Shown piece after piece: positions 61,101 to 64,000 of a stretch of 64,000 bases of DNA; position 1 is the stretch's first letter; each line of letters opens with the position of its first letter. This stretch comes from a virus (lineage: Duplodnaviria; Caudoviricetes). Made by a program: the position numbers and the translations under genes. The stretch spans positions 114,171-178,170 of the IMG/VR virus record IMGVR_UViG_3300020576_003495; one strand, given 5' to 3'. Under the pieces are notes generated by a model. That model saw nothing but the letters and a program-made list of their open reading frames with translations. It was not told the DNA's origin and did no database searches.

Positions 61101-61619
61101 AACGAAAAATTACTAAGACTAGCGCGTTCATTGCTGAATCGTTGATCGAAGCTATCCCCGAACTTCAGACGACGGCTCGCCAGATGTACCCCTACAGTCT
61201 TGATACACTACTAGGAAAATTATGGATCAGTCCTTGTGATGGCGCTATTCGAACCTGCTTCGATGTAGTCCCACCCATAGAACCTGTCGGTGCCCCCCTT
61301 AACAAGTACTCGGGTAAATGGAATTTCGAAGGTCTTGAAGATAATTCCGATATAGGCCGATCTATACACTGGATAAAGAGGATCATGGCATGACTAAGCT
61401 TGAACTATTGAATCGAAAGATGCGTGCACTGGAACAAGACGGTGTTATTAGCGAAGACCATTACGAAATATACAAGCTGCTACTTGATGCTGTGGAGATT
61501 TTGGCTTCTATTAGATTGGTGCTGTCTGATAATCCCCGAGTTTCTGTGGGTAACACCAATGAGCACTTCATCTACCACAAGGCAAAAGGCGCTTTGGAAA
61601 ACTTAAACTAGGAGGTAAC

Positions 61620-62081
61620 ATGGGCCGAGAAGTAAGACGTGTACCAGCAGACTGGAAGCATCCGACAAACGGTTTTTACCCTGATGGAAAAATCAGGTAT
61701 CAACCCTTGCTTGAGGGCTATACGGATCGTGTTGAAGAATGGGATCGTGATGCGGCGGCATGGGCACGCGGGGAGTTTCCTGAGTATGTCAGCGAAGAAG
61801 GTCGAAAGATGCCCTACGAAGAATACGATGGCCCTCGCCCGAAGCCAGAAAACTACATGCCCGAATGGCCTGAGTCTGAGAAGACACACTATATGATGTA
61901 CGAAACTACATCAGAAGGGACACCAAAAAGCCCCGCGTTTGCTACGCCCGAAGAACTGGCACATTGGTTGGCGTATACCGGCGCAAGCATTTTTGCTGAC
62001 TATTGCGCTGGCTACGACGAGTGGCTTGAGATAGCCAAAGGCAAACCAAACCTCGGCTTGCTTATCAGCGTAAGGGACTGA
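61620..62081 (+). CDS. conserved phage hypothetical protein
   Basis: AGGAGG RBS; MGREVRRVP..W.HP; YETTSEGTP.SP. Confidence 0.8.
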   Translation: MGREVRRVPADWKHPTNGFYPDGKIRYQPLLEGYTDRVEEWDRDAAAWARGEFPEYVSEEGRKMPYEEYDGPRPKPENYMPEWPESEKTHYMMYETTSEGTPKSPAFATPEELAHWLAYTGASIFADYCAGYDEWLEIAKGKPNLGLLISVRD

Positions 62082-62337
62082 CATGGGGATGTTCGACTCG
62101 CTGTATGTGCCGTGTCCTGAGTGTGGCTGCAAGGTGGAGTTTCATAGCAAGGCGGGGCAGTGCAGTCTTGACCATTACACGTTAGATGATTGCCCTTTGG
62201 TAGTGCTTGCTGATGTGGCTACACAACCCATCGGGGTTTGTTCTGGCTGCGGTATGGGTGTTTCTGTTCATGTTTATTATCACGCTATGGTGCTCAGAAA
62301 GCGAGTGCGATGAATTTATTGGAAAAGGAAGTTAACT

Positions 62338-62631
62338 ATGACTAGGAAAGTTTTTAAATACCCGTTGACTGTTGCCGACACACAGGATGTCCTGCTTCCC
62401 GCAGGGGCTAAGGTGTTGACAGCGCAGGAGCAGCATGGTGTTGTATGCCTGTGGGCGCTATGTGAGCCTAGTGCACCTTTAGTCCCCCGAACGATCAACA
62501 TCCACGGTACAGGGCACACAGTTTCTGATGATGCGGGTGATTATGTTTCTTCTTTCCAGATGCTTGGGGGGTCTTTGGTCTTTCATGTGTTTGTTGTTCC
62601 TGAAGAAGACCTTTTTTCACGAGACTATTGA
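62338..62631 (+). CDS. conserved phage hypothetical protein
   Basis: KY.L...LP.GA..L...GTGH...VFHVF. Confidence 0.75.
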   Translation: MTRKVFKYPLTVADTQDVLLPAGAKVLTAQEQHGVVCLWALCEPSAPLVPRTINIHGTGHTVSDDAGDYVSSFQMLGGSLVFHVFVVPEEDLFSRDY

Positions 62632-62687
62632 CAAACTACTTTCCCTGTGTAATACTACAGTCATTGAATAACAACGGAGTGTAAATC

Positions 62688-63041
62688 ATGTTTGTTCCTG
62701 TGATGACCAAAGCACGCACTCGCGGTGGGGTTAAGTTCCCCGCCGAAGAAACCCGATTTGCAATTAGTTTCAACGACGATGACAGTATCACGATCTACCG
62801 TGACCGGATGCAGAAGACCACGTTTCGTGTGGGCGACACTGCGGAGTACGACTCCTACAACCTGAAGTACATCGGTGAGATTACCAAGATCACGCAGAAG
62901 GCAGTCACGATTGTTGCCTATAAGGGAACGCAAAGCGAAACAGTTCATCGACTGAGCCTGTACGAGTTCTGCTGGCGTAATGACAACTTCAATCTTGAAA
63001 AGGTGCGTGCAGAGAACGCCGAAACTTCAATGTGTATCTGA
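62688..63041 (+). CDS. hypothetical protein
   Basis: Promoter at 62628, AACGGAGTG RBS. Confidence 0.75.
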   Translation: MFVPVMTKARTRGGVKFPAEETRFAISFNDDDSITIYRDRMQKTTFRVGDTAEYDSYNLKYIGEITKITQKAVTIVAYKGTQSETVHRLSLYEFCWRNDNFNLEKVRAENAETSMCI

Positions 63042-63048
63042 GGGCGCT

Positions 63049-63393
63049 ATGCTGAGTATGCTTCAACAAATTGAACTGTGTGCAAAAGCCAGCTTGGCTG
63101 ATGCGGCTGCGGCTGAAAAAGAGCGTGTGCGGCACAGTAAAAAGTCGACTGCGGCGTCAAGAGAACGTAAGCGTCAGTTTATTGTTAACCGGAACAAGGC
63201 GATTGAAAACGTCCTAGCCTATTTGCAGCAAGAGGATGACCTTGTATCCACGGCAGTCATTGCCCGTGCCATGCAATTTGAGCGGGATTATACCTACAAG
63301 CTATTGATTTACATGCGTGATAACAACATGGTCGAGTCTTCTGGCGACGACCGGCGTATGTACTGGAACATTCCTGAAAGGATGGCAGCATGA
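63049..63393 (+). CDS. winged-HTH protein
   Basis: STAVIARAM..YKLL.YMRDNNMV...YW. Confidence 0.65.
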   Translation: MLSMLQQIELCAKASLADAAAAEKERVRHSKKSTAASRERKRQFIVNRNKAIENVLAYLQQEDDLVSTAVIARAMQFERDYTYKLLIYMRDNNMVESSGDDRRMYWNIPERMAA

Positions 63394-64000
63394 CGCTTAC
63401 CGAAGAAAACCAGCTTTATCAAGAAATATCCGACCTTCATGCGCTTGTCAACCAATACAAAGAGGCGGCTAACCGCATCGCCTTTGAGCGTAATCAAGCA
63501 CAGGCGCAGTACGATTTTACTGTCAAGGTTCTAACGAGGATTCACAATCTGCTTTATCCCCCCGCGTTTAAACAGGGGGACAAGACCTTCCTTTTCAACT
63601 CACCACACGTGCACGAGCAGATGCAAGCGCTGAGTGACGCTATCAGGGCGATTCCTGCTGAACTAACCAAGGTGACTGATACACTTGCGTAGCGTGCATG
63701 CGCTACAAACCTGCTTGTGTAGCACCAAACACCATTTCATGCTCTACAAAGGCGTATATGATTGAAAGAAACTTGAAAAACATGACCGAAGCCGATTTTG
63801 CTCAGGCGCAGAACTGTCTCCCCCCAAAAGCACTTGATGTGGTTAAAGACCAGATTGGGGAGCGGCTGGACGAACTGGCTGACTTGGCTGAGTTCTGGAA
63901 GAAGTGGCGAGGTCGCGGTGGAAATCCGCACGGGATTCGCTGTGCCATGGTGATGCTGTCTACGGAGATTTCAATTCTTGATGCTCAGGAAAAAATCAAT

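Larger units (their letters stand above)
3194..62773. repeat. dispersed 16-bp quasi-palindrome TTGMAAKTAMTTKCAA
   Basis: Copies start at 3194, 7736, 12053, 18816, 22933, 25014, 27613, 31400, 36358, 40676, 42787, 46201, 47776, 49248, 57853, 59369, 62758. Confidence 0.85.

Noticed and set aside
1-64000. CRISPR array, DGR or retron
   Set aside because: No regularly spaced direct repeats, cas genes or reverse transcriptase seen.

Overview
This window is part of a large (jumbo-type) tailed-phage genome, almost all on the + strand, probably infecting a proteobacterium. (1) 0.2-4.7 kb holds hypothetical and regulatory genes. (2) 4.7-24 kb is an RNA-gene island. It has 33 recognisable tRNAs covering all 20 amino acids, a circularly permuted two-piece tmRNA (tag ANDSQYRVAA) and four Y-RNA-like genes. 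It also has two copies of an unrecognised ~340-nt RNA built around the 23S rRNA L11-binding domain, several tRNA-like RNAs with large insertions, and many other closed-stem ncRNAs. Six HNH genes and one GIY-YIG gene sit within or against these RNA genes, often between a broken tRNA and an intact tRNA of the same isotype. A small family of proteins with a shared N-terminal motif, one a zeta-like kinase, is also embedded here. (3) 25-48 kb and 58-64 kb are dense small early-type genes in cassettes driven by about 20 TTGACAAA sigma70-like promoters. (4) 48.3-57.8 kb holds virion/tail genes (LamG repeats), followed by a DNA methyltransferase. A 16-bp quasi-palindrome (TTGMAAKTAMTTKCAA) recurs about 17 times across the window. 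All calls were made by eye, with no database searches or folding runs.
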